From contig OY969695.1 of assembly GCA_963701965.1 (NCBI GenBank), positions 1,920,001-1,984,000 of the forward strand: a stretch of 64,000 bases of DNA, in the 5' to 3' direction. Source of the DNA: an uncultured Gemmatimonadales bacterium (lineage in GTDB: Bacteria > Gemmatimonadota > Gemmatimonadetes > Gemmatimonadales > Gemmatimonadaceae). Positions within the stretch are counted from its first letter, which is position 1. Every line of letters begins with the position of its first letter. The notes under the pieces were generated by a model. It was not told the origin of the DNA, made no database searches, and saw nothing but the letters and a program-made list of their open reading frames with translations. This document shows positions 9,482-19,941 of this stretch, in pieces. The translations under genes and the position numbers were made by a program.

Positions 9482-10593
9482 CAGGCCGCCCTGGTCGGCG
9501 CGTTTTGGAACGCTTGCACGATGGATTGGTACGCGGCCTTCGGGTTGAGCGACACATCGAGCGGCATGACGCGGGCCGCTTGCCCGTCGGCGCGGGGCGC
9601 GTGTTGCGAGAGCCAGGTGTACTTGTCGCTCAAGCCCCACGTCTCCACGACGATCACGTTCGGATTCTTGAGCGCGACGTCGAGATACGTGCTGTAGGCG
9701 TTGGCGATCGCCTGATCGCGTGCCGTAGGATCGGCGGGCAGCTTGGCGTCCGTCACGTCCAGTTCCGTAATCAGGATCTTGAGCCCCATGTCGGACACGT
9801 CTTTGAAGAAGCTCGAGATCGCCCGCGCGTTCATCTTGCCCATGTTGTCGCCGTACAAGTGCGCCTGAATGCCGAACGCCTGCACGGGCACGTTCTGGCT
9901 CTTCATTTTGTGCAGCAAGTTGAGCATCGCCGTCCGGCGCGCATCGACGCCCGGAAAATCGTATTCGATGCCGTAGTCGTTGTAGACGAGCAGCGCCGAC
10001 GGGTCGGCCGCACGGGCGGTGTTGAAGGCGAGCGGGATGTAATCCGGCCCGATGAGCGTGAGCCAGGGCGAGTTCCGAAGGCCGTCCGGATTCCGGTCAT
10101 CGGGATTGACCGCCTCGTTGAGCACATCCCACGAATGCAGTTTGCCGGCGTAATGTCCGCACACGTTCTGGATGTGCTGGGTCAGGACCTGACGGGCGTT
10201 CTCCGGCGTGACGTACGACTTGAACCATCCCGGAATCGACTGCCAAAACGCCAACGTGTGGCCGCGCATCTTGAGGCCGTTCGACTCGGCGAACTTGAGC
10301 AGGGCGTCGCCCGGGCCGAAGTTGTAGCGGTCGGGCGATGGGCGCAGCGTGCCCCACTTGAGCTCGGACTCCGGCGTGAGAATGGCGCACTCGCGTACGA
10401 AGGCCTGTTCGTAGGCTGCATCGTTGAGCATCTCGCCGCGCGCGGCTGATCCAAACAGGATGCCTTTGGACGCGGCCACGCCTTTGAGCGTCGGTGCCTG
10501 TAGCAGCGACGACAATGCGGGAAGCCGCCGGCTCACCGCCGCCGTGCCCGCGGCCACGGCCGCCGTTCGCACGAAAGTCCGTCGATCGATCAT
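9481..10593 (-). CDS. Tat-exported glycoside hydrolase family 10 (endo-1,4-beta-xylanase-like)
   Basis: Twin-arginine signal MIDRRTFV; TPESELKW, MRGHTLAFW, WDVLNEAV (acid/base Glu), YNDYGIE, ILITELDV (nucleophile). Confidence 0.92.
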   Translation of the reverse strand: MIDRRTFVRTAAVAAGTAAVSRRLPALSSLLQAPTLKGVAASKGILFGSAARGEMLNDAAYEQAFVRECAILTPESELKWGTLRPSPDRYNFGPGDALLKFAESNGLKMRGHTLAFWQSIPGWFKSYVTPENARQVLTQHIQNVCGHYAGKLHSWDVLNEAVNPDDRNPDGLRNSPWLTLIGPDYIPLAFNTARAADPSALLVYNDYGIEYDFPGVDARRTAMLNLLHKMKSQNVPVQAFGIQAHLYGDNMGKMNARAISSFFKDVSDMGLKILITELDVTDAKLPADPTARDQAIANAYSTYLDVALKNPNVIVVETWGLSDKYTWLSQHAPRADGQAARVMPLDVSLNPKAAYQSIVQAFQNAPTRAA

Positions 10594-11351
10594 GCCTTCC
10601 TCCTGATCCATTCAGAGACAAAGAGCCCGAGCACCGGCCACGGCTCGATGAGATAGCGCCGGGTCAAGCGCCGGGGCTCGGCGGCGAGGCGAAACGCCCA
10701 TTCCAAGGACCACCGCCCGGCCCAGCGCGGTGGCGTCGGCACGGCGCCGGCCACGTAATCCAACGCGGCACCGGCGAGGAGGGTCGCGTTGGCCGTGAGA
10801 TGCCGGCGGTGCGCATGGACCCACAGTTCCTGTCGCGGCATGCCCAATCCCACCATGAGGACGTGGGGCGCGAACCGGGCGATCTCATCGAGGATCGCCG
10901 CGCTGTCCGCGCTGTCGGGCCGTTGGTCGAAATACCCGTGCCGGGCGGCGATCGACAACGTCGGATGGCGCGCCCGGAGCACATCGCAGGCGCGGTCGGC
11001 GACGCCCGGCCGGCCGCCGAGGTAGAACACGCGCCAGCCGGCCTGCGCCGCGGCGGCCATCAGCGCCGGCACCCAGTCGACGTAGGTCACCCGATGGGCG
11101 CGTTGGAGCGGCGCCCCTAGGGCCCGGCCCAGCGGCACGAGTGGCATCCCATCGACGTGGATCACGTCGGCGCTGTCGTAGAACGCGCGCAGCTGGGCAT
11201 CGCGGCGGACCAGCGACACGCTGTTCATGTTGTGGTTCGCGATCACGATGCGGGTGCCCGCGTCGACCGCGCCGGCGATCGCCCGGTTGAGATCGTCGCG
11301 GGTGTAGGCCCCCACGCGGATCCCGAGGAAAGCGTACGGTTCGGGATTCAT
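10590..11351 (-). CDS. WecB/TagA/CpsF family glycosyltransferase
   Basis: IHVDGMPLV, RVTYVDW, VGLGMPRQELW, GAALDY, LEWAFRLAAEPRRLTRRYL. Confidence 0.92.
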   Translation of the reverse strand: MNPEPYAFLGIRVGAYTRDDLNRAIAGAVDAGTRIVIANHNMNSVSLVRRDAQLRAFYDSADVIHVDGMPLVPLGRALGAPLQRAHRVTYVDWVPALMAAAAQAGWRVFYLGGRPGVADRACDVLRARHPTLSIAARHGYFDQRPDSADSAAILDEIARFAPHVLMVGLGMPRQELWVHAHRRHLTANATLLAGAALDYVAGAVPTPPRWAGRWSLEWAFRLAAEPRRLTRRYLIEPWPVLGLFVSEWIRRKA

Positions 11352-12532
11352 GACCGCGCCCCCACGGTGGCGTCGACGCGCGCGCAGATCGCGCGCACGC
11401 GGGCCTCCCAACTGTGCCGATGGACCACTTCGTTGCGCCCGTGGGCGCCCATGCGGCTCAGGCGGTCGCGCGAGGCATAGGCGGCGCGCAGGGCCCGGGC
11501 CAGGCCATTGATGTCGCCGGGCGGAAAGAGAAATCCCGACACGCCTTCCACGAGCACGCGCATGGCGTCGGGCACGGCGGACGAGATGACGGGCCGCCCC
11601 ATGGCCATGTACTCGTACAGCTTGAGTGGCGAACGAAACGCCGAGTGTCCCGAGTAACACACGTCGGCGCCGGCGATGAGCGGGGGGACGCCATCCGGCG
11701 CCACCCGTCCCAGGAATTGCACGACATCGGCGATGCCGAGCTTCGATGCCAGGAGTCCCAGCGCCGCGCGGTCGGGCCCATCGCCGGCGATGAGCACGCG
11801 GAGACGCAGGCCGGTGCACGCTTGTACCGCGCGCAGCAGCGTATCGAGACCCTGCCACGGCGCCAGCGATCCGACGAAGAGCACGCTGAACTTGTCGTCG
11901 AACCGCCGCGGACTCACGGTGGTCGGGTCGAACCGTTCGACGTCGACCCCGTTCGGCACGACCGCGATCTTGGACCGCGGCACACCCATCTCCGACTCCA
12001 GCCGGTGGGCCAAGGCCTCGCTGATGGCGACCAACAGCGTGCAGTCGCGGTAGGCGCGTTGCTCGAGACGCCGGGCCACGCCGGTCAGCACCACGCCCGA
12101 GCGCTCTTTGCTGGCCTCCTCGGTCAGGAGTGCGTTGGTCTCCAGGATCCAGGGGATGCCCCGGCGCACAAATGGGCTCCCCAGGGCCTGGAACAACGCA
12201 AAACGCTCGTAGACCCAATCGACCCCTCGCAAAGTCGACCAGGCGCGACGCGCGTGATGGTGGCGGAGTCCGAGGCGCGTCACGTCCGCGGCCAACTGCC
12301 ACGCCTTTCCGCGCCCCAACATGGCCTCGCCATCGCGGGCGACGATGTCCGGCATCTGATCGCCGACAATGTAGGGCGTGACATCCCAACCCAGGCGTTC
12401 GAATCCGCTGATGACGCCCAGCACGTGGGCGCGCGGACCGGCCGCGTCGGACGCGCTCCGCGTGGTCACGCGCGGCGCGCCCGACAGGTAGCCGAGACGG
12501 CGGCCTGTTGGGCCGCCCGCTGGCTCAGACAG
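11348..12532 (-). CDS. Glycosyltransferase family 4
   Basis: VVPNGVD, FVGSLAPWQGL, SPLKLYEYMAMGRPVI. The frame is open upstream through RLGYLSGAPRVTT to a CTG at 12532; a GTG at 12469 is the alternative start. Confidence 0.88.
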   Translation of the reverse strand: MSEPAGGPTGRRLGYLSGAPRVTTRSASDAAGPRAHVLGVISGFERLGWDVTPYIVGDQMPDIVARDGEAMLGRGKAWQLAADVTRLGLRHHHARRAWSTLRGVDWVYERFALFQALGSPFVRRGIPWILETNALLTEEASKERSGVVLTGVARRLEQRAYRDCTLLVAISEALAHRLESEMGVPRSKIAVVPNGVDVERFDPTTVSPRRFDDKFSVLFVGSLAPWQGLDTLLRAVQACTGLRLRVLIAGDGPDRAALGLLASKLGIADVVQFLGRVAPDGVPPLIAGADVCYSGHSAFRSPLKLYEYMAMGRPVISSAVPDAMRVLVEGVSGFLFPPGDINGLARALRAAYASRDRLSRMGAHGRNEVVHRHSWEARVRAICARVDATVGARS

Positions 12533-13466
12533 GATGGGTGACTCGATACTCTTCGTAACGTCCTCCCAGCACTCCGGCGATCATCCCGGCACCGCGCCAA
12601 ACGAGCTGGAGCGCGCGCACGAGACGCACCTGGCGCTGACGGCTGAGCAAAGCCAGCGGGGTCAACAGCACGCCCTGCGCCGCGCGGCCCGCGCCGCGCA
12701 GAATCCGCATGGGTCGCGCGACGACGGCGTCCGGCCGGTCGCGATCCACCTGGCCCAGCGTGCTGCCCGAGCGATAGGCGCGGCGCAGCAGCCACGGCAG
12801 GTTGGCGCGGCTGGCGGGGATCCACTCCTGAACGGCGGCATCGTCGGCCCAGATGATCGACGCGCCGCCGGCGCGGACCCGCCGAAAGAACTGGAGATCC
12901 TCGCCGCCCGTGAGGGCGAAACGATCGTCGAACGGTCCGGTCGTATCGAACACCCGGCGCCGCACCAACACGTTGTGCGTGTGAGCGTGGGGAAGCGCGT
13001 GGCCGGTCTGGTAGCGGGGGCGATCGAAGAACCGTCCGTCGCGCACCCAGGCGGGAGGAGACGCCGGGAAATACGGAATCACCGGCCCCGCGACTACGTC
13101 CGCATCGTACTCGGCCTGCACGCGCAACAAGCCTTCGATCCAGCCGCAGTCCGGCACTTCGTCGTCATCGAGCATCGCGATGAAATCGACATCGTCCCCG
13201 GCGGCTTGCACTGCCGAGTTGCGCGCGTACGTGATACCGCGCCGCGCTTCGACGACATAACGCAGGCCGAGCCCAAACTCCCCGGCACGCGCTGCACACG
13301 AGGCGCGCTCCGGCCCCTCAGCGTCGTTGTCGACGACGACGGCGCGCAGCGCCGCGGAGGAGAGACGCTGCGCCCGCAGCCCATTGAGCAGCCGGGCCAG
13401 GCCATCAGGCCGGCCGTAGGTGGCCACGCAGACCGCGACCCGGGTTGGCTCCGCCACGGACGTCAT
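12525..13466 (-). CDS. Glycosyltransferase family 2 (ExoM-like)
   Basis: VCVATYGRP, VVVDND, AMLDDDE, TGGEDLQFF. Confidence 0.9.
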   Translation of the reverse strand: MTSVAEPTRVAVCVATYGRPDGLARLLNGLRAQRLSSAALRAVVVDNDAEGPERASCAARAGEFGLGLRYVVEARRGITYARNSAVQAAGDDVDFIAMLDDDEVPDCGWIEGLLRVQAEYDADVVAGPVIPYFPASPPAWVRDGRFFDRPRYQTGHALPHAHTHNVLVRRRVFDTTGPFDDRFALTGGEDLQFFRRVRAGGASIIWADDAAVQEWIPASRANLPWLLRRAYRSGSTLGQVDRDRPDAVVARPMRILRGAGRAAQGVLLTPLALLSRQRQVRLVRALQLVWRGAGMIAGVLGGRYEEYRVTHPV

Positions 13467-14779
13467 GGCGCCATCACCGTCGGCTCGCTCGGCGCGGGTG
13501 TCTCGGCCGGCGGGGGCTGCGGGACGCCGCCGCGATCGCGCAGGCGCCAGATCAAGAGCCAGAGGGCGATCGCCAGCAGTCCGTCGCAAAAGAGACTGGA
13601 CCACGCCGCGCCGCGCCACGAGTAATGGATGATCAGCGGGAAATTGATGCCGATGTTGATCGCGGCCACGACCACTTGGAGCGTCGTCCGGGTGCCCTGG
13701 AACCCGGCGCCGGTGAGCGCGTCGGCCGCCGAATATTGGATCGACTTGAGCACCGGCAGCAGCGAGAGCCAACGGACGGCGGGGGCCGCCTGGTCGAAGT
13801 CGTGGCCGAGCAAGTGGGGCAGGATCGGCGCGGTGAGCCACATGATGGCGCCGGCCATCGCGCCATACGCCAGCGCGGGCGGGAGCAGCTGCCGCGCCAC
13901 ACGGACACTGGACCGGACGCCCGCGGCGCCGTGTTTGAAGAACCGCGGATACGCGGCTTGTCCCAGCGACCGGATGGGGACGAGCACGACGTCAATGACG
14001 CGATAGGCCGCGCCGTAGATGCCGGTGGCCGACAGGGCCGGCGCCAGGCGGCCCAGCATCACCTTGTCGATATCGTTATAGATGTTCTGTGCCGAGATGC
14101 CGGCCGCGAAGTAAAACCCATCGCGCACGTCGCGCGACGTGAACGTGAGCGCCAGGCGCGGCCGCCCCAACTCCCGGGACGTGAGCCAGAGCGCGGTGGC
14201 GGTGCTCAAGGCCGTGCACGTCAGATAGTAGTAGCCCCAGCGGCCCGCGGTGTGCGGCCCGGGCGCGGCGACGAACACCATGGCCGCGAGCAGCCGCAGA
14301 AACGTCGTCACAATGGGCAGCTGGGCCGTGCGCGACATCCGCTCCTGCGCCTGATACGCCTGCCCGCACAGGTAGAGCACCGTGGCGAAGATGAGATCCA
14401 ATGTGGCCACGCAAATGACCAGCGACGTGGCGACGGTGGCCGGGAGGAAGGCGCGTCCGGCCAGGGCCGCCGCGCCCACCGAGCACGTGCCGGCGATGAC
14501 CGTCATGGTCAGCGCGCCGCCCCAATAGTGGTCGAACGCCTCGCGGCGGCGGGCGACGTGTTGGATGAGCACGTTGCCGGCGCCGAGACCGGCCAGCGGC
14601 GCCACGAGTTGGCTGAGCGCGGTCGCGGCGATGAATGCGCCCAGACCGTTCGCGCCCAGGGTCTTGGCGATCACGACGAAATAGGCGGCCTGGAGGACCT
14701 TGAGTCCGCCCTGGCCGATCCCTAACCAGATCGCGTTGCGGGCGACGAGGCTGTGCCGCAAGCGCGTCCACGGAACCAC
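13463..14779 (-). CDS. Wzx-type oligosaccharide flippase
   Basis: Polytopic membrane protein; IYNDIDKVMLG, TGIYGAAYRV. Confidence 0.88.
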   Translation of the reverse strand: MVPWTRLRHSLVARNAIWLGIGQGGLKVLQAAYFVVIAKTLGANGLGAFIAATALSQLVAPLAGLGAGNVLIQHVARRREAFDHYWGGALTMTVIAGTCSVGAAALAGRAFLPATVATSLVICVATLDLIFATVLYLCGQAYQAQERMSRTAQLPIVTTFLRLLAAMVFVAAPGPHTAGRWGYYYLTCTALSTATALWLTSRELGRPRLALTFTSRDVRDGFYFAAGISAQNIYNDIDKVMLGRLAPALSATGIYGAAYRVIDVVLVPIRSLGQAAYPRFFKHGAAGVRSSVRVARQLLPPALAYGAMAGAIMWLTAPILPHLLGHDFDQAAPAVRWLSLLPVLKSIQYSAADALTGAGFQGTRTTLQVVVAAINIGINFPLIIHYSWRGAAWSSLFCDGLLAIALWLLIWRLRDRGGVPQPPPAETPAPSEPTVMAP

Positions 14780-14781
14780 CG

Positions 14782-16416
14782 TTAGGCCGCTCCGCGGCCT
14801 TTGAGCACGGCGGGCACTGTCATCGCCAGGATCTTGAGGTCCAGGCCGAGCGACCATCGATCAATGTATTGCAGGTCGAGCGCGACCCAGCGGGAGAACG
14901 ACACGTCGCTGCGGCCGCTCACTTGCCAGAGACCGGTGACGCCCGGCCGCACGCTGAACCGGCGCATCAGCCAGGACTCGCTGAAGCGGTGCACGTCGCG
15001 CATCGGGAGCGGCCGCGGCCCGACCAGGGACATGTCGCCGCGCAGCACGTTGAAGAGCTGCGGCAGCTCGTCGAGCGATGTCTTGCGTAAGAATCGTCCG
15101 ACCCGCGTGATGCGCGGGTCATTCCGGATCTTGAACACCGGCCCCGCCGCCTCGTTCTGGTCCTCCAGCGTGGCCTGCAGCGCTTCGGCGCCGGTGACCA
15201 TCGTCCGGAACTTGTACATGCGGAAGCGCCGCTTGTTGAAGCCGTAGCGCTCCTGCGCGAAGATGATCTGGCCCTTGCTGTCGCACCGCACGGCGACCGC
15301 GATCGCCAGCAGCAGCGGCGAGAGCGCGATCAACATCAGCGCCGACAACACGAAGTCGATCGCCCGCTTGACGACGAGTCGCGCATCATTGGCCACCATG
15401 TGCATGCGCACGATCGGGAAGCGGCCGGTCTGCTCGAACGTGGGGCGGGCCAGCGAAGACTGGAAGATGTCGGCGAGATAGGCGGCCCGGACGCCGAGGC
15501 GCTCGCACAGCGCGATGGTCTCCTGGATCTGGTCGTAGCAGGATTTGATCGGCAGCGTGATCAACACGTCGTCGATCACGTGGCCCATGAGGATGCCTTC
15601 GAGCTGATCGAGCGATCCCAGCATGCGGCTCGCCACTTCGTCCGGCGGCCGCTGGTCCCACGCGCTGTCGACGAAGCCCTGCACACGCACGCCATCGTCC
15701 CGATGGTTGGCGATCTCGTGATACAACCGCTGGGCGCGGGGTCCGCTGCCGACGATGAGGACGTGACGCTCCTCGACCTTCAATGTCGGCGCCTTGGCGA
15801 CGATCCACGCGAACGCGCGCAGCGTCACCAGCGCGGCGACCATGGCCAGCACGAAGTATGAGACCGTGGCCGCCCCGAACGCGCCGGTGCGGGACGCCAG
15901 CGGGAACATGATGACGGGCGCCATGCCGACGAGGCACGCCGCGATGAGGCGCAGCACGTAGCCGGCGGGCTCGGCGAACCGTCGCTCGTCGTACATCCCG
16001 AACGCGCCCAGACTCACTTGCATCGCCATCCCGAACAACGCCAGCAGGAGGACGTTCTTGACCGTGATGCGCTGCTGGAGGAAGGGTTCCAGCCCCTTGG
16101 CGCCCGCTTGATCGGCGTTCATCAGGAGGAATACGCCGAACAGTGTCGCCATGACGACGATGATGTCGACGTAGCGGTACGCGCGCAGGAACGCCGACGC
16201 GCGGCGCCACGGGCGCGTGTGCGATTCGAGCCGGCGGCGCGCGCCGGTCCCGTCGGCGTCGGTGGCGGCAGCGACCCGATTGGGGACGATGACCGGTGAG
16301 CCATAGGCGGGGCTGCCATTCCGGGCCGCGCCCGATCCCCCGGAGTATCTCCGGTGGGATCCACTGTCTCTCACGGGCGTAGTCTTGCCCACTCCCCCGT
16401 CGGCCCTGACAATCAT
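14782..16416 (-). CDS. Priming undecaprenyl-phosphate sugar-phosphate transferase (WcaJ/GumD-like)
   Basis: N-terminal TMs and a Rossmann-like VLIVGSG segment; C-terminal KRAID, YKFRTM, DPRITRVGRFLRKTSLDELPQLFNVLRGDMSLVGPRP, PGVTGLWQV. Confidence 0.93.
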   Translation of the reverse strand: MIVRADGGVGKTTPVRDSGSHRRYSGGSGAARNGSPAYGSPVIVPNRVAAATDADGTGARRRLESHTRPWRRASAFLRAYRYVDIIVVMATLFGVFLLMNADQAGAKGLEPFLQQRITVKNVLLLALFGMAMQVSLGAFGMYDERRFAEPAGYVLRLIAACLVGMAPVIMFPLASRTGAFGAATVSYFVLAMVAALVTLRAFAWIVAKAPTLKVEERHVLIVGSGPRAQRLYHEIANHRDDGVRVQGFVDSAWDQRPPDEVASRMLGSLDQLEGILMGHVIDDVLITLPIKSCYDQIQETIALCERLGVRAAYLADIFQSSLARPTFEQTGRFPIVRMHMVANDARLVVKRAIDFVLSALMLIALSPLLLAIAVAVRCDSKGQIIFAQERYGFNKRRFRMYKFRTMVTGAEALQATLEDQNEAAGPVFKIRNDPRITRVGRFLRKTSLDELPQLFNVLRGDMSLVGPRPLPMRDVHRFSESWLMRRFSVRPGVTGLWQVSGRSDVSFSRWVALDLQYIDRWSLGLDLKILAMTVPAVLKGRGAA

Positions 16417-16435
16417 GCTATGCCTATTCCTACGG

Positions 16436-18952
16436 TCAGCCGTTGATCGTGTAGTACTTGTCCCGATATCCCTGGAACCGGTACGACCCATCGTACGCTT
16501 CGTCGCGATCGAAGTCTACGTCGTTGAGCACGGCACCGAGGACCGGCGCGCGCACGTGACGGAGTTGTTCCATCGCGAATGACAATGCCTGCGTCGCCGT
16601 CACCCCCGAGCGCGCAATGACGAGCACGCCATCCGCGTGCGCCGAGAGCAGCGCCGCGTCGGTGACAATGTTGATCGGCGGCGAGTCGATGACGATGCGG
16701 TCGTAGTGACCGGGTAGCAGCCCGAGCAGTTCGCGCATCGCCGCGGAGTCGAGGAGCGCCGCGGGTTGCGTCGGCAGCGGACCGGTTGGCAGATAATGCA
16801 GCTCGCCACCGCGTCCGAGCGAGACGGCGCGCACGGCGCCCTCGAGGGACGTCGTGCCGGCCACGACATTGGTCAGGCCGGGCGTCCGCGACGCGCCGAA
16901 TACGCGATTGATGATCCCGCGCCTGAGGTCGGCATCGATCAGCAGCACGCGATGTCCGCGCTGCACGAGCGTCACCGCGAGATTGATCGCGCTCGTGGTC
17001 TTGCCGTCGCCCGAGAGTGGGCTGGTGATGACCATCGTCTTGAGGACGTTGTCGCCGGCCGGCCTGACGAACGCCAGGTTGGTCTGCAGCCGGCTGTACG
17101 CCTCGGCGACCGCGCTCCGCGCGTCGGGTTCGGCCGCCGAGGCGAGACCCCGGCCGTTGCCGTTGTACTCGGCGTCCTGCGCCGCCACCCGCTGGCGTTG
17201 CGAGATGCGCCGCCGGCCGTGCCCGCCCCCGGAGTGCATCGGATCGCCCAGCTCTTGCGAGAACCGGAGCCGCGTCGTCAGGGCATCGCCCGAGATCCGG
17301 GGGATCAACCCGAGGACCGGCTGCCCGGTCGCCGCCAGCACGTCGGCGCGCGTGTGGATCGTATGGTCACGCGAATCGCGCATGAGGGCGAGTCCCAGGC
17401 CGAAGAACAGGCCGATGAACACCGACACGGCGATGTACAACGCGGGCTTGGGCCGGATCGGATCGACCGGGAGGACGGCGGGATCCATGAGCTGCAGGCT
17501 CGGATCATTGACCGCCTGGGCGACCTCCGCTTCCTTGAGGCGCGTCTGCAGCTGCGTGTAGATCGTGTCCAGCACCTTTGGCGTCCGCGCCAGCCGCGCG
17601 TACTCCATCTCCTTGGCCGGTATCTGGTTCATCCGGTGGCTGTATTGCCCGAGCGTGCTGTCCATCGACGCGACCTGCTCCGTCAATCCGTTCAGATACG
17701 TCTGCGCGATGCTCCGCACCTGATCCTCGACCTGGTGCTCGTGATCGGTCAGGGCGATCACCTCCGGATCCTTGGGCGTCCGGCGGCTCAGCAGCGTGGT
17801 GCGCTCGTCGTCGATCAACGAGAGATTGTGCAGCAGCTCCGTCGACGCCTGATTCTTCAACAGGGTCGGAAACGCGATCAGCTGCCGGTACGGCGACGGA
17901 TCATTGGGCTTCATGCGCGCGGCCTGCTCGGTCACCTGCTTCATGAGCGCCTGCAGCGACCGCCGCTCGACGTCGAGGTCCGCGCGGTCCGCCTGCATTT
18001 GGGCGGCATGCTGCACTTGCGTGGTGGCCTCATTGGGGAGACTCACCACGTCGTTCTTTTCCCGAAATGCCTGGAGCGCGCCCTCCGAGTGATCCAACTC
18101 CAGGGACAACGAGTCCAGCTGCTGCCGCAGAATCTTGACCGTGCTCTTGGCCTGGACTTTCTGGACAGCCTGGCGATCCAGAATGAACAGGCTGGTCAGT
18201 ACGTTGGGCACGTCACGCGTCAGCTCGGGGTCCTTCCCGCGATAGGCGACCGAGATGACGTCGGCGTCGCGGACCGGACGCTCGACCTTGAGATGCTTGT
18301 CGAACAGCTGATACGCGTCCTCTCGCGTCTGGAGGAGGATGCGGACCGATCCTACGGTCACCGAGGGCCGCAGCACGGCCGAGATGCCGGGCACGGTCAG
18401 CCGGCCACCGGGCATGACCACACCGAGGGTCTTGTCCGCGCCGTTGGTGACCGTGTATCCGCCGCCCGTGGCCTGCTTCGTCAGCGTGTACACCGCCGAG
18501 TCGGCCAGGGGATCCACGTGGAAGCTCGAAAAGATCGAGCTGCGCAGCACGCGCGCCGGTTTGACGACGGCGCGAATCCCCAGCGAGTCCATCGTCGCTT
18601 CCGCCAACCGCCGGCTGGCCAGCACCGAGACTTCGGTCGCCACCTCGCGGTCGTTGGTGACGCGGTCGAACAGATCCGGGAGATTGCTCTTGGTGTCGAG
18701 GATCCGAACGGCCGCGGTGGACTCGTAGGTCGGCGACATGATGAAGCAGAGCGCCGCCACCATGCCGACGACGAACAGGGTCGCCGCCGCCACCAGCCAC
18801 TTGTGCCGGCGCGCGAGATTCCAGATGCCGTCGACCGACAGCACGTCTTCCTTCTGTTGCCGCGGAGGTGCGGACATCGGGGCCAGCGGCGTCTGGTACG
18901 CCGTGATCCCGGAGCCGTTCGAGCCCTCACGATAGGGCAAAGGATAGGTCAC
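16436..18952 (-). CDS. Wzc/GumC-like polysaccharide co-polymerase and BY-kinase
   Basis: Two TMs flanking a coiled-coil region; Walker A SPLSGDGKTT, LIDADLRR, Walker B IVIDSPP, Tyr-rich C-terminus. Confidence 0.92.
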   Translation of the reverse strand: MTYPLPYREGSNGSGITAYQTPLAPMSAPPRQQKEDVLSVDGIWNLARRHKWLVAAATLFVVGMVAALCFIMSPTYESTAAVRILDTKSNLPDLFDRVTNDREVATEVSVLASRRLAEATMDSLGIRAVVKPARVLRSSIFSSFHVDPLADSAVYTLTKQATGGGYTVTNGADKTLGVVMPGGRLTVPGISAVLRPSVTVGSVRILLQTREDAYQLFDKHLKVERPVRDADVISVAYRGKDPELTRDVPNVLTSLFILDRQAVQKVQAKSTVKILRQQLDSLSLELDHSEGALQAFREKNDVVSLPNEATTQVQHAAQMQADRADLDVERRSLQALMKQVTEQAARMKPNDPSPYRQLIAFPTLLKNQASTELLHNLSLIDDERTTLLSRRTPKDPEVIALTDHEHQVEDQVRSIAQTYLNGLTEQVASMDSTLGQYSHRMNQIPAKEMEYARLARTPKVLDTIYTQLQTRLKEAEVAQAVNDPSLQLMDPAVLPVDPIRPKPALYIAVSVFIGLFFGLGLALMRDSRDHTIHTRADVLAATGQPVLGLIPRISGDALTTRLRFSQELGDPMHSGGGHGRRRISQRQRVAAQDAEYNGNGRGLASAAEPDARSAVAEAYSRLQTNLAFVRPAGDNVLKTMVITSPLSGDGKTTSAINLAVTLVQRGHRVLLIDADLRRGIINRVFGASRTPGLTNVVAGTTSLEGAVRAVSLGRGGELHYLPTGPLPTQPAALLDSAAMRELLGLLPGHYDRIVIDSPPINIVTDAALLSAHADGVLVIARSGVTATQALSFAMEQLRHVRAPVLGAVLNDVDFDRDEAYDGSYRFQGYRDKYYTING

Positions 18953-18974
18953 TGGGGAGCTGCCTCTCGGTCAG

Positions 18975-19652
18975 TTACTTGACAAACTGAGCCACGATGA
19001 TGGCGGTGGCCGTGATGGCCGCACCGACCACATAGACGCCGTTTCGACTGAACCAACTGCGCTCGGGCACGTAAAGTTCATTGCCCGACCGGATGCTGGT
19101 CTTGCCGATCGGCGTGTCCGTTGCAAAGTCGATTTCGATCTGCTGGCCGTTCCGGCGCAGCGAGAACTTGTTCGGATTGCCATTCGGCAGCGTCCCGCCC
19201 GCCAGGGCGAACGCATCATGGATGGTCATCGTGGGATCGACTGGATAGATACCCGGATGGTTAACGGCCCCGAGCACCGTTACGCGTCTCAGGAACGTCA
19301 CTTCCACCGCCGGATCTCTGAGATACTGCGAGTACTCGGCCACCAGCATCGCATGCAACGAGTCGGCGGTGATCGCGTCGACGTGCGTGGCGCCAATCTT
19401 CGGGAACACCGCCATGCCCCGCTCATCGACGGGGAATTCGCCCGAGAGATCGGGCTCCCGCCAGATGCGCAACCGGATGACATTGCCCGGCCGCAGCATG
19501 CTCTGCCCCAACAACGTGTCCCGCTTCGTGGTAAACGCATCCCGCCCCAACGAATCCCGCCCGACAGCGGCGGGGGTCGGCTGCTGCGCCAGCACCTGGC
19601 CGGCGAACATAAGAAGCAGTGCCGGGAAACATTTATTGATCAACACGATCAC
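18975..19652 (-). CDS. Polysaccharide export protein (Wza/Poly_export + SLBB)
   Basis: Signal peptide; LRPGNVIRLRIWREPDLSGEFPVDERG, VTVLGAVNHPGIY. Confidence 0.88.
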   Translation of the reverse strand: MIVLINKCFPALLLMFAGQVLAQQPTPAAVGRDSLGRDAFTTKRDTLLGQSMLRPGNVIRLRIWREPDLSGEFPVDERGMAVFPKIGATHVDAITADSLHAMLVAEYSQYLRDPAVEVTFLRRVTVLGAVNHPGIYPVDPTMTIHDAFALAGGTLPNGNPNKFSLRRNGQQIEIDFATDTPIGKTSIRSGNELYVPERSWFSRNGVYVVGAAITATAIIVAQFVK

Positions 19653-19744
19653 CTTGATGGACGATGGTGCTCAGCCGTGTTCGCAAGACGCGAACCGGAC
19701 GGCCAGGTACGAGGGTGTGAGGGGTTGGTCACTGAGAACTCTGT

Positions 19745-19760
19745 CGCAAGTCTTGCACCT
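19745..19760 (-). promoter_or_regulatory. Possible sigma54 (-24/-12) promoter for the EPS operon
   Basis: Minus strand AGGTGCA-AGAC-TTGCG keeps the GG-N10-GC spacing, ~90 bp upstream of the wza-like start; the -24 element is imperfect. Confidence 0.35.
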
Positions 19761-19925
19761 AGCCGCTCCGCTCGGTTAGAACATTTCGACGCAGTTAAGT
19801 CGCGACACTTCGCCGTTACGCGCCTTGCTATTGTGTACCGTTCAGCTATCCTCGCAACCGCCAATAAGTTGCGCTGTACGATAGCGACAGGCGTTGCGCG
19901 TCTACCACAGCGCGGCGCGACAATT

Positions 19926-19941
19926 TGTGATCTGCATCACA
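19926..19941. promoter_or_regulatory. CRP/Clp-family binding site
   Basis: aattTGTGA-tctgca-TCACA is a perfect TGTGA-N6-TCACA, upstream of the EPS operon. Confidence 0.65.
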
